This document shows, piece by piece, positions 21,203 to 33,432 of a stretch of DNA of 64,000 bases (its first letter is position 1; each line of letters starts with the position of its first letter). The position numbers and the translations under genes are program-made. The stretch is taken from assembly GCA_963729045.1 (NCBI GenBank), contig CAVSMN010000016.1:32001-96000 (forward strand), given 5' to 3'. The notes below the pieces were generated by a model. The model made no database searches. It worked only from the letters and a program-made list of their open reading frames with translations, and had not been told where the DNA came from. The stretch comes from an uncultured Nitrososphaeraceae archaeon (lineage in GTDB: Archaea > Thermoproteota > Nitrososphaeria > Nitrososphaerales > Nitrososphaeraceae).

Positions 21203-21556
21203 ATTTTATTTTTTTATTCTTTTAATGATAATTACCTTTAGACATTTTCTTACCTAATAACTGACTCTCCAATTGAGAAAATTTATAATAAATAAATTAC
21301 GATCCCAGAAAGTCATATATAGAATTTAGAATCAACTAATCGCTGATTTCTTATTTTATACTAGCATGCATTATATAGACAATATATTATCTTTAAAAAA
21401 TCAGCGGAAATCAAAATAAAATTCAGTAACTTATCTGAATATTCCTAAATTGGGCCTGGTTTAATGTATTTATGTAAAGCTCCTCTAAGCTTAATTTTTT
21501 CTGCTTATTTTGTTGACCCGATATTGTTTGGTTTGAAGGATCGTAATTTGTAAGTT

Positions 21557-22171
21557 CTACCTTGGTATGTAACCATGGTATTTTTCTTTGTTCCTATCTT
21601 TAAGATATAAAACAATTCCGACTACAAAACATACTAATCCTGCAATAAACAATATTACTCCCAAAACTAAACCACCAAAACTACTTAGGTCTATTTCACC
21701 ATTCTCCTTTAAAAAGGGTAAATTCCCAAAAAATAGATAAACGGACGCCTTATTGTTTTGATCCATATTGAACACCGAAATATCATACCTCCCAGTTGCA
21801 TTTGGAGTTATGGTTGAAAAATAGGTTTTTTGAAAAGTAGAATTAGATACTATTTTTCCATTTGGATCAGTTACCAATTCATTTAGGACATTCTGATCAT
21901 TGCCCGTAGAATCAATGGTAATAGTAAGCAGCTTGTCCGTAGAATTAATAAAAATACTAGAGTTATAGGCCGTTAAGGGATCAAGTGTTATTTGATTCGT
22001 AGAGAGACTTGGATTATTCTGAACGAACATGCCGCTAAAGGACATCCCCCACATAAAGAACACTATTATTGAAGATAAAAATAGAGCACCACTAATAATT
22101 AAAACCTTAAATCCTCTTTGCATTTGAATTGTATTTCTTTGAATGATCCTTAAATATAATCTGTAGTGCAT
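21557..22171 (-). CDS. Two-TM membrane protein with extracellular beta-rich domain
   Basis: Hydrophobic N- and C-terminal helices flanking VTDPNGKIV...GRYDISVFN; start likely the downstream ATG (MQRGFK). Confidence 0.75.
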   Translation of the reverse strand: MHYRLYLRIIQRNTIQMQRGFKVLIISGALFLSSIIVFFMWGMSFSGMFVQNNPSLSTNQITLDPLTAYNSSIFINSTDKLLTITIDSTGNDQNVLNELVTDPNGKIVSNSTFQKTYFSTITPNATGRYDISVFNMDQNNKASVYLFFGNLPFLKENGEIDLSSFGGLVLGVILFIAGLVCFVVGIVLYLKDRNKEKYHGYIPR

Positions 22172-23031
22172 CCCAAATTCAGCTGATTCCTAACAAGAAT
22201 ATATGAAAAAACTAGATCTGAAAAAATCTAGGTAGGCAAATTATCGATCAAAAGGTTAAAAATCTATTCAAATTGTGATATTATAGATTTCAGGTAAATA
22301 CACTCTATATCTCCCTAATATTTAACGGTTAAAAAACATTATACATTAGACGCAAGAAATTATTTATATAATTTCTGCTTTCAAAACATCGCTTAAAAAA
22401 ACGATAGTCCAATTGGATAAATATAAAAGTTATTTTACACTGACTATTTATTATCATACCTTTTAGGGCTGTAATGAATTTAGAAGACTGATCACATTAT
22501 TTCTCCTTAATGCTGGATGGCCTTTGAGGAATTTCGCAATAAATTGCCGAAAAAATGATCAGTGTATTTATACTTTATTAAATATTCTAGAATACAACTG
22601 GTCTCGAATGATCGGCAAACATCAGTAAAAGTGGGGTAGTGCTTTAATCCATAGTCAGCCAACCTCACTTTTACTTTTTAATATGATTGAAATACTATGA
22701 TTAGATTCTAATACAAGAAGTTAGTTTGACTGTAACTCCATCTATAGTTCAAAACCAGACCAAAAGATTGTTATTTAATCAAATTTTTGCTTTTTATCTC
22801 AGCTGTTAAAAGCAAATCCTACTGAAATAAAATACTGTATTTTTTCTTAAATGTTTTCAAGAAAATTGTTATTATTATTTTTCTATATCGCTGCTCCCAT
22901 AACCAGGCAAAAGATTTGTTTTCAAGAAGGGTGTCATATCAGTCCACGAGTATAGTGGAGACATTTAAGAGAGGAGCTATGCCGATTATTTCCAAAGCTA
23001 AATATGTTGGTCTGGCATTTGAAATTAGTCG

Positions 23032-23427
23032 GTGAAAGTATTGATAAAGGATGATAAATTAGACTATAAAGCCATTTATGATTATATCATTGGGCTTGAC
23101 CCAGATATCAGATTTGTAGGATTAATTGATGATATGGGGAGATTGGCATATGGTGGAATGAGACCTGGAAAAATTTCACTGGAATCTGAAACTGAATCTG
23201 TAAAAATATACATGGAATTTGCCTTAATTTCAAAATTACATACTGATTTTGACTCTAAACTAGGGGAAGTAGTCTATTCACTAACAGTCAGAAAAAAAAT
23301 TAAAATGCTTTCTTTCCCAATCGATGGACACATAATTCGACTATCACTTGAGAAAGAGGCAGATCACGAAAAAATAGTTAATGCCGTCCTTGCTTACATT
23401 AGGTCATTTGATAAACCCAGTGTTTAG
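23032..23427 (+). CDS. DUF6659-like (roadblock-like) thaumarchaeal protein
   Basis: IRFVGLIDDMGRLAYGGMRPG...FDSKLGEVVYSL..RKKI...SFP. Confidence 0.75.
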   Translation: MKVLIKDDKLDYKAIYDYIIGLDPDIRFVGLIDDMGRLAYGGMRPGKISLESETESVKIYMEFALISKLHTDFDSKLGEVVYSLTVRKKIKMLSFPIDGHIIRLSLEKEADHEKIVNAVLAYIRSFDKPSV

Positions 23428-23823
23428 TTTTTCATCTTGCCCTCATAGCTTTGGATAATCTGTTCTATGGCTTTAATCTCATCTAAGCATTGTTCTTGAA
23501 ACTCGGGGTATAACCCTTCATTTTTTAAAGTTTCCAACCAACTATCCATTTTTTTAAAAAAAGAAATATAGTGTTTCAAGCTCTTTAGCAAAAGATTGAC
23601 TATTTTCTGGTGCATCCAGATTAGAGAAATAATTTAAAATTGTTAATTGAAAATGTAACCTATTTAGTCTCAGTTCAGCGAAGAATTTTCTGTAGTAAAT
23701 AATCCTTTCTTCCTTGGATTCTGAGATGATATTAGAAATGGATGGTAGTATGTTATTTCTCATAATTGGATATAAGAGGCGCACAAAATATATTTTATTA
23801 TCACTTTTACCAAAATTTCTCAT
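23424..23823 (-). CDS. Hypothetical helical protein, frameshifted near 23555
   Basis: ORFs 23554..23823 and 23424..23615 overlap at T/A homopolymers and join into one ~130-aa protein. Confidence 0.6.
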
Positions 23824-23826
23824 ATT

Positions 23827-25169
23827 CTATTTTTGTTTAGAATTAAAAAAGGAGTTATCCCCTCCTTGTCTATGCTCTGTAAAATATTGACGCAATTGAT
23901 TTATCTTGTACTTTGAAGGCTTGACAAGCCCGCTACTCATACCAAGACCATATCCTAAAAGCCCGCCAACTATTGATATACTCATGATGATAAAGAAGTA
24001 GTCGCCAAATATTTGAGTGTATACTTTGACAACTACGTTCTGGTATACCAAATATCCATAGAGTTCTTCATTTAAAATGTAGGTATTGAGTGGGAAGCAA
24101 ATTGTAAATGAAAAAATCGCTAGGATTAAAGCATATAAAATATACATTTTTGGATTTACATATTTTTTCATCTTGGCCTTTGAATCCCATGAAGCTGGAT
24201 GGTGATGGTGGTGCATTCATTTTGGTAAATGTTTTCCTTACTTGTTTTTTGTTAATTAAATAAATTATCACAAATGGTATTATATTTAATATATAATACG
24301 ATGAATAGCCGAACAAAAATGGATTTGAGATGATCTGAGTTAAAAGCATGATTATTACATAAAAGCTTCCTACCAAAAGGGTCATTTCATCAAAATCTGG
24401 ATAATTTTTCAGTATTCTTATAAAAAAGCTAGAAAGCAAAAATGGGAACCCAAAACTATAGATCAAAAAGGCAATTAGTGGATCTGGGTTGTAATTGTAA
24501 AATTGAGTTTCTGAAAATGGTAGCGAAAAAAAATAGATAAATCCAGACAAAATCACTAAAATAATAGAAAGATTAAGAACGAGTTGAATTTTAAGAAGGG
24601 TGTAGTCCTTTCTTGTCCAGCAGATTGCTTGTATTATCTACTGTGCTTAAATTCTCATAATTATTTTTGTACTTATCCTGATAGTTTACTTCTTCCTCAT
24701 CAACAGATCTGCTCTTGTTTGATCTTTCGGTCTGGAGGAGGATTAAATTAATCAAATTATTTGTGATCCGAAGGTTGCCCAACCCAACCAACAACCATCC
24801 AGTCAATAATATAACATGGGGTGGACTAAGAAGACCATCCAAGCCAAACTTTAGGTGCCACGAGAAATCAAATGGTCCTGCTGCAAGAATTAAAACAGCA
24901 CCCATTAATATTAGGAAATTATCTTTTCTATGCTGATTTTTATTTAAGATGTTTTTTCCAAAATTAATAAAAAATATACTGATTACTATTAATATTCCAG
25001 TATATACCAAGGTGTGTGGATAGGAGAAGAAACTCTCAGGCTGGCTCAAAATATGGAACGTTATATCCCAACTGCCTCCCGAAAATGAGATAATTAGTCC
25101 AATTACGATGATTAAATTTTGATACCTATAAAGGATATCCCTAAAAACCTGAAGTGAAATAATTGACAT
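23827..25169 (-). CDS. Polytopic membrane protein with two D-x3-H-x12-H motifs; two frameshifts (~24595, ~24200)
   Basis: Joined ORFs 24591..25226, 24068..24556, 23827..24216; WDITFHILSQPESFFSYPH and FDFSWHLKFGLDGLLSPPH; probable ATG at 25169. Confidence 0.75.
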
Positions 25170-25222
25170 CGTAAAACTTCCATTCACACAAGAATTTAAT
25201 GTAACCAATCCATTCCATAAGG

Positions 25223-26932
25223 TCAAGTTCTCTTTTCTATTACTTTTACCACGTTGTCTATTCCCAGGTCTACAATGTAGTTCCCAAGCCTCGGACCCTT
25301 TTCTGCGTTTATTAAAATCATGTATAATAATCTAAAGATCTCTTTTGGTTGAAGATTGTTATTTTTTGCATTGTTAAAAATTATGGTTTGTATGTCTTGG
25401 GCCAAATCGTCGTCTTTAGTTTTAGCATCTTCGCTTCTGTTATTTACGGTTGATGCCAATGCAGATAACTCATTTCCTATTTTAAATATCACTTCTTTCT
25501 GAATACTGCTCATTACAACTTTTTCACCGGCTGTACTACCGTCGTCTTCACCATCACCTTCCGTCAAGCCGTTAAAATCTCCCACCCAATTTATTGCAAG
25601 GGTTATTTTATCAATCAGATCCTTTTTCTTGATGTCTTCTTCCTTTACCAGACGGTATTTCTTTAGCCTATCAAATATGGTTTTTTGTAGCAAGTCTGAT
25701 TCCCGGATTTGGTTCTTAAATAAATTTGCCTGCTGTATTAATATCCTATAAGGTATATGTATGGACGAGGAATCATCAGCAGGTGGATGGAGGTGATTGA
25801 TATATTCGTATACTCCTTTAATTTTCAATCGTTTGCTATCATTTGGTTCAATTATTTTCCCAAAGAAAATATCTTCGAATAAATCGTACTCATCCATGAG
25901 TGCAGGAATATCGTCAATACCAACATGTCTAGTTCCTGAGATTCTTTTGTATAGCAATAATAAAAGTGATTCAGGTGATCCGTATTTTAGCCACATCTGT
26001 GGAGTCAAGACATTTCCAGCGGATTTGCTTATTTTCTTGCCGCCTTTGTCTAAAAACATTTCATACTTTGCATGCAAAGGATGATTAAATTTTAAAACTT
26101 CATCAGATATCCAATCATTTATTTTTACAGAATCCATGATGTCTTTGCCAAAGGCTTCGAATTTAATGTCAAAGGCTTGCCATCTTGCTGCAAATTCAAC
26201 TTTCCAAGCTAATTTTCCATTTCCGCTATCTATTTTGACTTGACCGGTATGCCCACATCCTTGGATTATTTTTTTTCCAATCGTGTTACCGTTACACGAA
26301 TAAGTTACTGCTCTCTCATTTTCTAAATAATCAATGGAGTTGGCAACATAAAGTCTGTTACAATTTTCACAAATGGGAAAGTAAGGAAGAAATTTCAGGT
26401 ATTTTTGTTGGCCAGTAGATTCTGCAATCTTGTCACCAATTAATTTACTATTGGAAAGTATAATGTGAGTTTGCTCTGTTAGTATTCCACTTTTGTAGGT
26501 TTGTGTACCACTCTTAAAGGTGTACTTTATTCCTGCCGAATCTAACCCTTCTAATAATAAACTACTCATATGTTGACCGTATGAATCGTGACAATCACCA
26601 AAGGGATCGGGTATAGTAGATACTGGTTTACAAATGTGATTTTCCAGCCATTCGGGCAGGCCAGCTGGCACCTTTCTTAATCCATCTAAGTCATCTGAAA
26701 AGGCAATTAGTTCTGATGAATAACCGAGATTCTGCAGAGCTAAAGAAATCCCATAAGCTCTCACAGCATCCCCCATGCTACCAATATGGGGAATCCCGGA
26801 TGCTCCTAAACCACTTTCAACCTTGATGTTTTCTGTTGACCTACCGAGTTTTTTTTCTCGTTCGACTATTGTATAAGCAATTTTATCAATCCATGTTCCT
26901 TTTCCAATTATATTTTCAGGAGAACTACTCAT
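25223..26932 (-). CDS. lysS: Lysine--tRNA ligase, class I
   Basis: SGLGASGIPHIG, SDDLDGLRKVP, GKLAWKVEFAARW, FGKD, KISKSAGN, KGPRLG. Confidence 0.95.
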   Translation of the reverse strand: MSSSPENIIGKGTWIDKIAYTIVEREKKLGRSTENIKVESGLGASGIPHIGSMGDAVRAYGISLALQNLGYSSELIAFSDDLDGLRKVPAGLPEWLENHICKPVSTIPDPFGDCHDSYGQHMSSLLLEGLDSAGIKYTFKSGTQTYKSGILTEQTHIILSNSKLIGDKIAESTGQQKYLKFLPYFPICENCNRLYVANSIDYLENERAVTYSCNGNTIGKKIIQGCGHTGQVKIDSGNGKLAWKVEFAARWQAFDIKFEAFGKDIMDSVKINDWISDEVLKFNHPLHAKYEMFLDKGGKKISKSAGNVLTPQMWLKYGSPESLLLLLYKRISGTRHVGIDDIPALMDEYDLFEDIFFGKIIEPNDSKRLKIKGVYEYINHLHPPADDSSSIHIPYRILIQQANLFKNQIRESDLLQKTIFDRLKKYRLVKEEDIKKKDLIDKITLAINWVGDFNGLTEGDGEDDGSTAGEKVVMSSIQKEVIFKIGNELSALASTVNNRSEDAKTKDDDLAQDIQTIIFNNAKNNNLQPKEIFRLLYMILINAEKGPRLGNYIVDLGIDNVVKVIEKRT

Positions 26933-26937
26933 ATATC

Positions 26938-28873
26938 CTATAATAATTTTGTAACATACGGACCATTATTAGTATATCCAAATTTCCTATAATAGTCTCG
27001 GGTTCCTACCGCACTTATTACTGAAATTTTTTTCAAACCATATTCTTCTCTGCAGATTCTTTCGGCTTCAGCTAATAAGCCTCGTCCTAGACCCTTGTGT
27101 TGATATTTAACTTGATTATTAGGAGCTAAACCACCATCACCATCACTAGCAGGAGGATTAAACATACTTTGAATTCTATCATTGCTATTATCACCATTCA
27201 TGAACATAATATCAGATTTAGTATTGATAGATACAGGTTGTCTCTTGGCAACTTGTTCGCCCACTTTTGCGACTGTCCCGTAAACATGTAGTTCTCGTAC
27301 AATTGCAGAAGTAAATGATTCGACTTTCAAATCTGTAGTATCGTTGTTACTTGGATCTTGATATAGTGTCTAACTCTGTTTGTAATTCTTTTCTTAGAGG
27401 ATCAGACATCATTCGTAGTCTGAGAAAACCTAAAAGGAGCATCCTATCCTTTAACTCAAAAGATAGGAAAATTTCTTTTCCCCTGGATGCATTATATTCT
27501 GTTCTAAACAACAAGATATCATCATTTGAAAATTCTATCTTCTTTTCATTTAGTCCTATTTCTCTACAACGTATACATTTGCACTTTACTCCTTGCCTTT
27601 TTAATTCTTCTAACACTAATTGCCTAATATTTCCCATTTTAGGACCTGATATGATGTCAGGAGCTTCTATTTCCCTCTGTATCCGCATTATCCTTACCCA
27701 TGGAGGGATAATTTTCTTTATCTCTACCAAAAGTTCTACCAATTCAGTTGTTGAATAACTTTTGTACTTTTGTTCTTTATACAATTTATAGAGTCCGGTG
27801 TTTCGTACTACGAGGGTGGGATAGATTTTTAGCATATCTGGTTTTAGTCTTTCATCCTCAAACAAAATCTTTGAATCATTCAAGTCTTGCTCATAAGAAG
27901 AGCCGGGTAAACCTGGCATCATATGAGCCCCAATTTTATAACCTGAATTCCGCGCCTCATAAAAAGCTCTATAGACATCTTGGATAGTGTGACCTCGATT
28001 AATCAATTTAAAAACGGTATCATTTAGTGATTGGACTCCTAGTTCAATTCTAGTTGTTCCAAGTTCCAGCATCAAATTGATATGATCCATTTTGCAATAG
28101 TCCGGTTTTGTTTCAATGGTGAGTCCAACACACCTTACAAAGGCGGTTTCATTTTGTTCCTTAGCCTTATTAAGTGATAGTAAGAGCGAGTTCGACTTCG
28201 ATCCAAATATTCTATTCTCTAGAGAACTATCTGTCGAAAGGATCATGTTCTCATCCAATTTACTTGAATATTCGAAGGGTGCTTGGATTGGAGAATCTAT
28301 ATCCATATGTTTGATAGAATTAAGAGCATCATAACATCTTTTAATAAAATAAATTTGGTAATCCTTAGGATAAAATGGAAACGTTCCCCCAACTATTACT
28401 AATTCTGCTTTACTAACTTCATGACCGCCTTCCATCAATTGCATTATCTTATAACGAACCTGTTCATAAGAATCATATTTTACTCTTTGAGCAAATTTGG
28501 TAGAAGGTTCAGTACCTATATAACTAAGGGGAGTATCGTATTCCTTCCCACCAGGACAGTATATACATTTCCCGTGAGGACAATCGTAAGGCATTGGCAT
28601 AACTGTGATGACTGCGATTCCTGATTGAGTTTTTACAGGCTTTTTCCTTAAAAGTTTTTTATATTGACTGGTGATAGGGATGTACCGGTTTATTTCAGCA
28701 TATTTTGGGATACTAGGTAATTTGTACTGAGAGGATTTTGATTTTATTAGCTTATTGATCTCACTTAAATTCATTAAATTACTATTATCCTTCCTAGATA
28801 AGATATCATTAGCTATTTCTTTGCATATCTGCTGATATTGGTTAATCATCTTTAGCATTATATCGAGACGCAT
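26938..28873 (-). CDS. elp3: Elp3 radical-SAM/GNAT tRNA uridine(34) acetyltransferase; frameshift near 27360
   Basis: [67 protein letters not shown]. Confidence 0.92.
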
Positions 28874-29238
28874 TTACAAACAATCTAGCGAATGTCCCTC
28901 TGAAAATCTATCTATTACCTCGACTAAATATCTCTTCCTACTTTTTATGAAAAATTTTCCTTTAATTTGCAAGAAATTATGCTCATACCCTGGAGGAGTG
29001 GCAAGAGAAAATCTAGGTGCAAATTTATTAAAAAAACCAGTATATTTCCTAATTTCTGTCTACTATCTAATCAGGGTCCAAAATCACAGGCTAAAATGGC
29101 AAATTATTTGAAAATCATTTCGATATATTTAATTCTCTAATCAAAATAATGAAACTAGGTTACTATAGAGGTAATACTGTTTATTAATTGTTCAATCTAC
29201 TAGTATTTACTAAGCCGATTTTCAAAATCAAACAAGAT

Positions 29239-30364
29239 TTAACAAATATAATGGGACAATAAATATTTTTTATTTATATTTGGACTGCTATCGTTTCCCT
29301 TATCATTTGATGATTTAATAAATGAATTACCCTTTCCATTTCTCCTAATACTCCCAATTATGCTGGCTTTCATTCTTTCAATATTAATGGTATCAATTAT
29401 TTCATCCGCTGATTCTCTTGCTGCAATAATACAAAATCCTATTCCCATATTAAAGGTCCTATACATTTCCCTTTCTGAAATATTCCCATCCGCCATAATT
29501 TGTTTAAATATCCCATCAATAGCAGGCAAATTATCTAAAGCATAATCAACACGTTTATTCAATCTTTTTAGCTTTGTAAATGCACCTCCTGTGATATGCG
29601 CAAGCCCATGTATTCTTGTTCCAAATTTTTCTACGATTTTTAGGATAACATTTGAATATATAGCAGTAGGTGTTAACAGTTCAGCTCCTATTGATTTATT
29701 AATAAAATCAGGCTTATCGTTAATACTATGCTGTTTTAACAAGACTTCTCTTGCTAGCGTTAATCCATTAGAATGGATTCCAGAACTCTTTATTCCTATT
29801 ATTACGTCACCGGGTCGAATATTGTCCCCGAGTATCATTTTCTTCTTATTTTCTAATATCCCAAGAACCATTCCTGCAAGGTCAAAATTATGGTCTTTTT
29901 TTTGTCCAGTAATAATATCTGCAAGTATAGCTGTTTCCCCTCCAACTATTGCTATTTTTGACATATTAGCTCCCTTGACCAGGCCCTTAGTAATCTCCTT
30001 TAATAAATTATCATTAGTTTTTTCCAGAGCGACATAAGAAAGATATCCTACAGGAGTAGCTCCTAAACAAACGGTGTCATTAACATTCATAGCTATACAG
30101 TCGATACCAATTGTATTGTACTTATTCATGGCTTGAGCCACCAAAATCTTTGATCCCACGCCATCGGTGTGCAATGTCATTATATTTTTATTGAATTCGA
30201 TGAGTCCGGCATAGTGACCAAATCCAGAAATTACTTTACCTTTTTTTGGTAAAAGATGAGGTACTCATAATACTTTTCCCAATAGAATTTTGGATTGACT
30301 TTATTTTGTCAACGTCTATCCCAACATCACTATATTTGACATTGTTCTTGCTTGAGGACTTCAA
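29239..30364 (-). CDS. purM: Phosphoribosylformylglycinamidine cyclo-ligase (AIR synthetase); frameshift(s) near 30260-30300
   Basis: Upstream frame gives TTG-KSSSKNNVKYSDVGIDVD; ORF has HTDGVGSK, GIDCIAMNVND, GGETA, SSGIHSNG, AHITGG, TFNMGIG. Confidence 0.92.
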
Positions 30365-30435
30365 CGATATGAATTAGAGAAATTTGATGGTCCTTATAAA
30401 TTTAAGAGCATGATATTTTCTAAACGAATTTAATA

Positions 30436-31623
30436 TTATGAAGTTGGTGGATTTTGAGTTTTCCTATTAATAAGACTAACATATTCACAACCCATCGGAC
30501 CACAATATCTACCAACATATACTGCCTTTGGCCTATAAAGAGCTGGCTTTGGAGCAGCCTCAGCAAATTTCTCTTCAATAATATGAGCATTCCATCCCGC
30601 TATTCTTGATATAGCAAATATCGGTGTATTTAGATCAATAGGAATTCCCAAAGTATAGTATAATGAGGCACTATACAAATCAACATTTGGATAAATCAGC
30701 ATTTTCTTTGTCTGATACATGATTCTCTTTGTGACTTCTTCAATTTTTTCGGTTATATCATACCATTTTGAATCTTTTTCTTTGGAAATAGCCCTAGATA
30801 GAGTTGCAAGGACTTCTGACCTTGGATCAGTTGTTCTATACACTGCATGGCCCATCCCCATGACTCTTGCACCTTTTGCGAGCCTTTCTTGGACCCATTT
30901 ATCAACATTATTTACATCGCCAATTTCAAGCAACATCTTCATCACTTGAATATTAGCTCCGCCATGGAGCTCCCCAGACAATGCACCCACCGCACCACCT
31001 ATGCTTGCATATATACTTGCACGCGTTGATGCTATTTCCCGAGCAGCAAAAGTTGAGGCATTAAAACTATGTTCAGCGTGTAATATTAAACTGATATCAA
31101 ATATTTTAGATATTTCATGCTTCGGGTGTTCTCCTCTTAGCATATATAAAAAATTATGTGCATGAGAATTATCATCTAGTGGCTCTACGACATCTTTGTT
31201 ATTTCTGACCCTATCCCATGCAGCAACTATAGTAGGGATCTTTGCGATTAATGATATAGCCCTTTCAATATTTGCATTTTTCCCTTCATCTAGCCTGTTG
31301 CGGTCATAATCCGCCAAGTCTAATATGGAAGATTGTAATACATCCATTGGATGTGCTGTAACAGGTTTATTTTTCATATTCTTGGTAACTGAATCAGGAA
31401 TTCTTCGTGACTCAGTCAATTTTGAGTTGAAATCATCAAGTTCCTCTTTTATAGGTAAATCTCCAAATAGCAAGAGGAACGCTGTTTCTTCATAAGTGGA
31501 ATGATTGGCTAGGTCAAGTATGTCATAACCCCTATAGATTAATTTTCCATTTTCACCATCGATAGAACATATTTTTGTGTCCGCTACTTCGATATTCCTT
31601 AAACCTATATTGCGTGTATCCAA
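30436..31623 (-). CDS. gltA: Citrate synthase
   Basis: LIYRGY, LHAEHSFNAST, LHGGAN, GMGHAVY...DPR, YPNVD, RIAGWNAH. Confidence 0.95.
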   Translation of the reverse strand: MDTRNIGLRNIEVADTKICSIDGENGKLIYRGYDILDLANHSTYEETAFLLLFGDLPIKEELDDFNSKLTESRRIPDSVTKNMKNKPVTAHPMDVLQSSILDLADYDRNRLDEGKNANIERAISLIAKIPTIVAAWDRVRNNKDVVEPLDDNSHAHNFLYMLRGEHPKHEISKIFDISLILHAEHSFNASTFAAREIASTRASIYASIGGAVGALSGELHGGANIQVMKMLLEIGDVNNVDKWVQERLAKGARVMGMGHAVYRTTDPRSEVLATLSRAISKEKDSKWYDITEKIEEVTKRIMYQTKKMLIYPNVDLYSASLYYTLGIPIDLNTPIFAISRIAGWNAHIIEEKFAEAAPKPALYRPKAVYVGRYCGPMGCEYVSLINRKTQNPPTS

Positions 31624-31761
31624 TGACCTAAATTCTAATATTGATCCTGCATATTAAAATAATTCTATTAATTCAAAGCAGGTTTTTTTCTGATGGAATT
31701 TCATAATTGCTGTATAATCTGAGAATAATAACATGACAAAATTAATATAATATTTATAATA

Positions 31762-32563
31762 ATGACTTCAAATTCGATGAACTTTGAATCAATAAGCCAG
31801 GAAATCATGAATTTCATAAAAAAAGAAACAGAATCTAGAAAATCAAACGGAGTAGTTTTGGGAATCTCTGGAGGTATAGATTCCACAGTGCTTGCATTTT
31901 TAGCAACAAGAGCGATTGGGCCAGAAAATGTAAAGGGATTGATATTACCAGATGAAACTGTAACCCCAGCAAAGGATATCGAAGATGCTATTAGAATATG
32001 TTCGAATTTTGAAAATTGATAGTGAAAAAATTTACATAAACAAACCCAAAAATAGTTTCTTAGAAATAATTAAACACACTGATAATATGCTGTTGACCGG
32101 AAACCTGGTCGCTAGAGTCAGAATGTGTATGTTGTATTATTACTCGGGTTTAATGGGAAGGCTGGTATTAGGATCATCAAATAAGACCGAACTAATGCTT
32201 GGTTATTTTACAAAATTCGGAGATGGGGCTGCCGATTTACTTCCCCTAGGAGACTTATATAAGACCCAATTGTTAGGTTTAGCAAAGTATCTTGAAATTC
32301 CTGGCTCAGTAATAGACAAAAAGAGCAGCGCAAGATTATGGGCCAACCAATTCACCGAAGACGAACTGGGTTTGCCATTCATCCAACTAGATAAAATACT
32401 TCAATTCTTTGAGTCATCTAATAATTTACACTATGACATACAAGCTATCATCAAATGAATTTCCAGGATTGTCAATAGAGATTATTCGAAGAGGTTCAGT
32501 TACAGGATGAAAAATAATCAGCATAAATTAACATTTCCACCTGTTTGTAAAATTTCAAAGTGA
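31762..32563 (+). CDS. nadE: NH3-dependent NAD+ synthetase; frameshifts near 32005 and 32455
   Basis: [56 protein letters not shown]-terminus [12 protein letters not shown] in a third segment ending TGA 32563. Confidence 0.9.
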
Positions 32564-32640
32564 AACCAGGAATGGAGATGCATAATTTTTGATAAATCAA
32601 CCATATCACTTTTAAATAGGTTTATAATTTTTCTTGTATT

Positions 32641-33432
32641 ATGGTCCTTGGGAAAGAAATCCGGCTAAATCGTATATTGAAAAAGGGAAAAATGTTGTGT
32701 ATCCCGCTGGATCACGGAATAAGCAGTGGCCCATTAAAGGGCATTCAAAATATAACTGAACTGATAAACCAGACCCAGGATTCTGGTTTAACTTGTTTTC
32801 TCGTAAATAAAGGGATTATAAAATCTCTCCCTGCGCCACCCTCCATAGGATTAATTGCCCACATGTCAGCTGCAACTTCCCTTGGTCCAGATCCAAACAA
32901 CAAGATCTTGATGGGCTCGGTGAAAGAAGCAATAAGGTTAGGTGCCGATGCTGTTTCTTTGCATATTAATATTGGCTCCAAAGAGGAGCCTAGCATGCTC
33001 TATAAGTTGGGCCAAGTGTCTGATGAATGTAATGAATGGAATATCCCATTAATCGCGATGATGTATCCTCGGGGAGACAATATTCCAAACCCCCACGATC
33101 CGACTATAGTTGCTCATACAGCTCGAATAGGTGCTGAAGCAGGTGCTGATATAGTAAAGACTGTTTACACAGGTGACATAGATTCCTTTAAAGAAGTCAT
33201 AAAATCATGTCCTGTGCCAATTGTAATTGCAGGTGGACCAAAAGCAAATACGGACCTTGAAATATTACAAATGTGTAATGATGCGATGAAGGCAGGAGCG
33301 ATTGGCGTAACTTTTGGCAGAAATATTTTTCAGCATGATAATCCAAATGAAATAATAAAAGCTTTGCATGCTATTATTATAGAGAACAAGCACTATGGCA
33401 GAATCAAATCCAAGAAAGGCGGAAGAAAGTAA
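32641..33432 (+). CDS. aroA': 2-amino-3,7-dideoxy-D-threo-hept-6-ulosonate synthase (class I aldolase, archaeal AroA')
   Basis: PLDHGISSGP, LGADAVSLHINIG, AMMYPRG, GADIVKT, IAGGPK, GRNIFQH; directly upstream of DHQ synthase II. Confidence 0.88.
   Translation: MVLGKEIRLNRILKKGKMLCIPLDHGISSGPLKGIQNITELINQTQDSGLTCFLVNKGIIKSLPAPPSIGLIAHMSAATSLGPDPNNKILMGSVKEAIRLGADAVSLHINIGSKEEPSMLYKLGQVSDECNEWNIPLIAMMYPRGDNIPNPHDPTIVAHTARIGAEAGADIVKTVYTGDIDSFKEVIKSCPVPIVIAGGPKANTDLEILQMCNDAMKAGAIGVTFGRNIFQHDNPNEIIKALHAIIIENKHYGRIKSKKGGRK

Noticed and set aside
26938..28873. Intein or intron in elp3
   Set aside because: Insertions are short, lack C/S...HN-C/S/T intein ends and LAGLIDADG motifs; the break is explained by one indel
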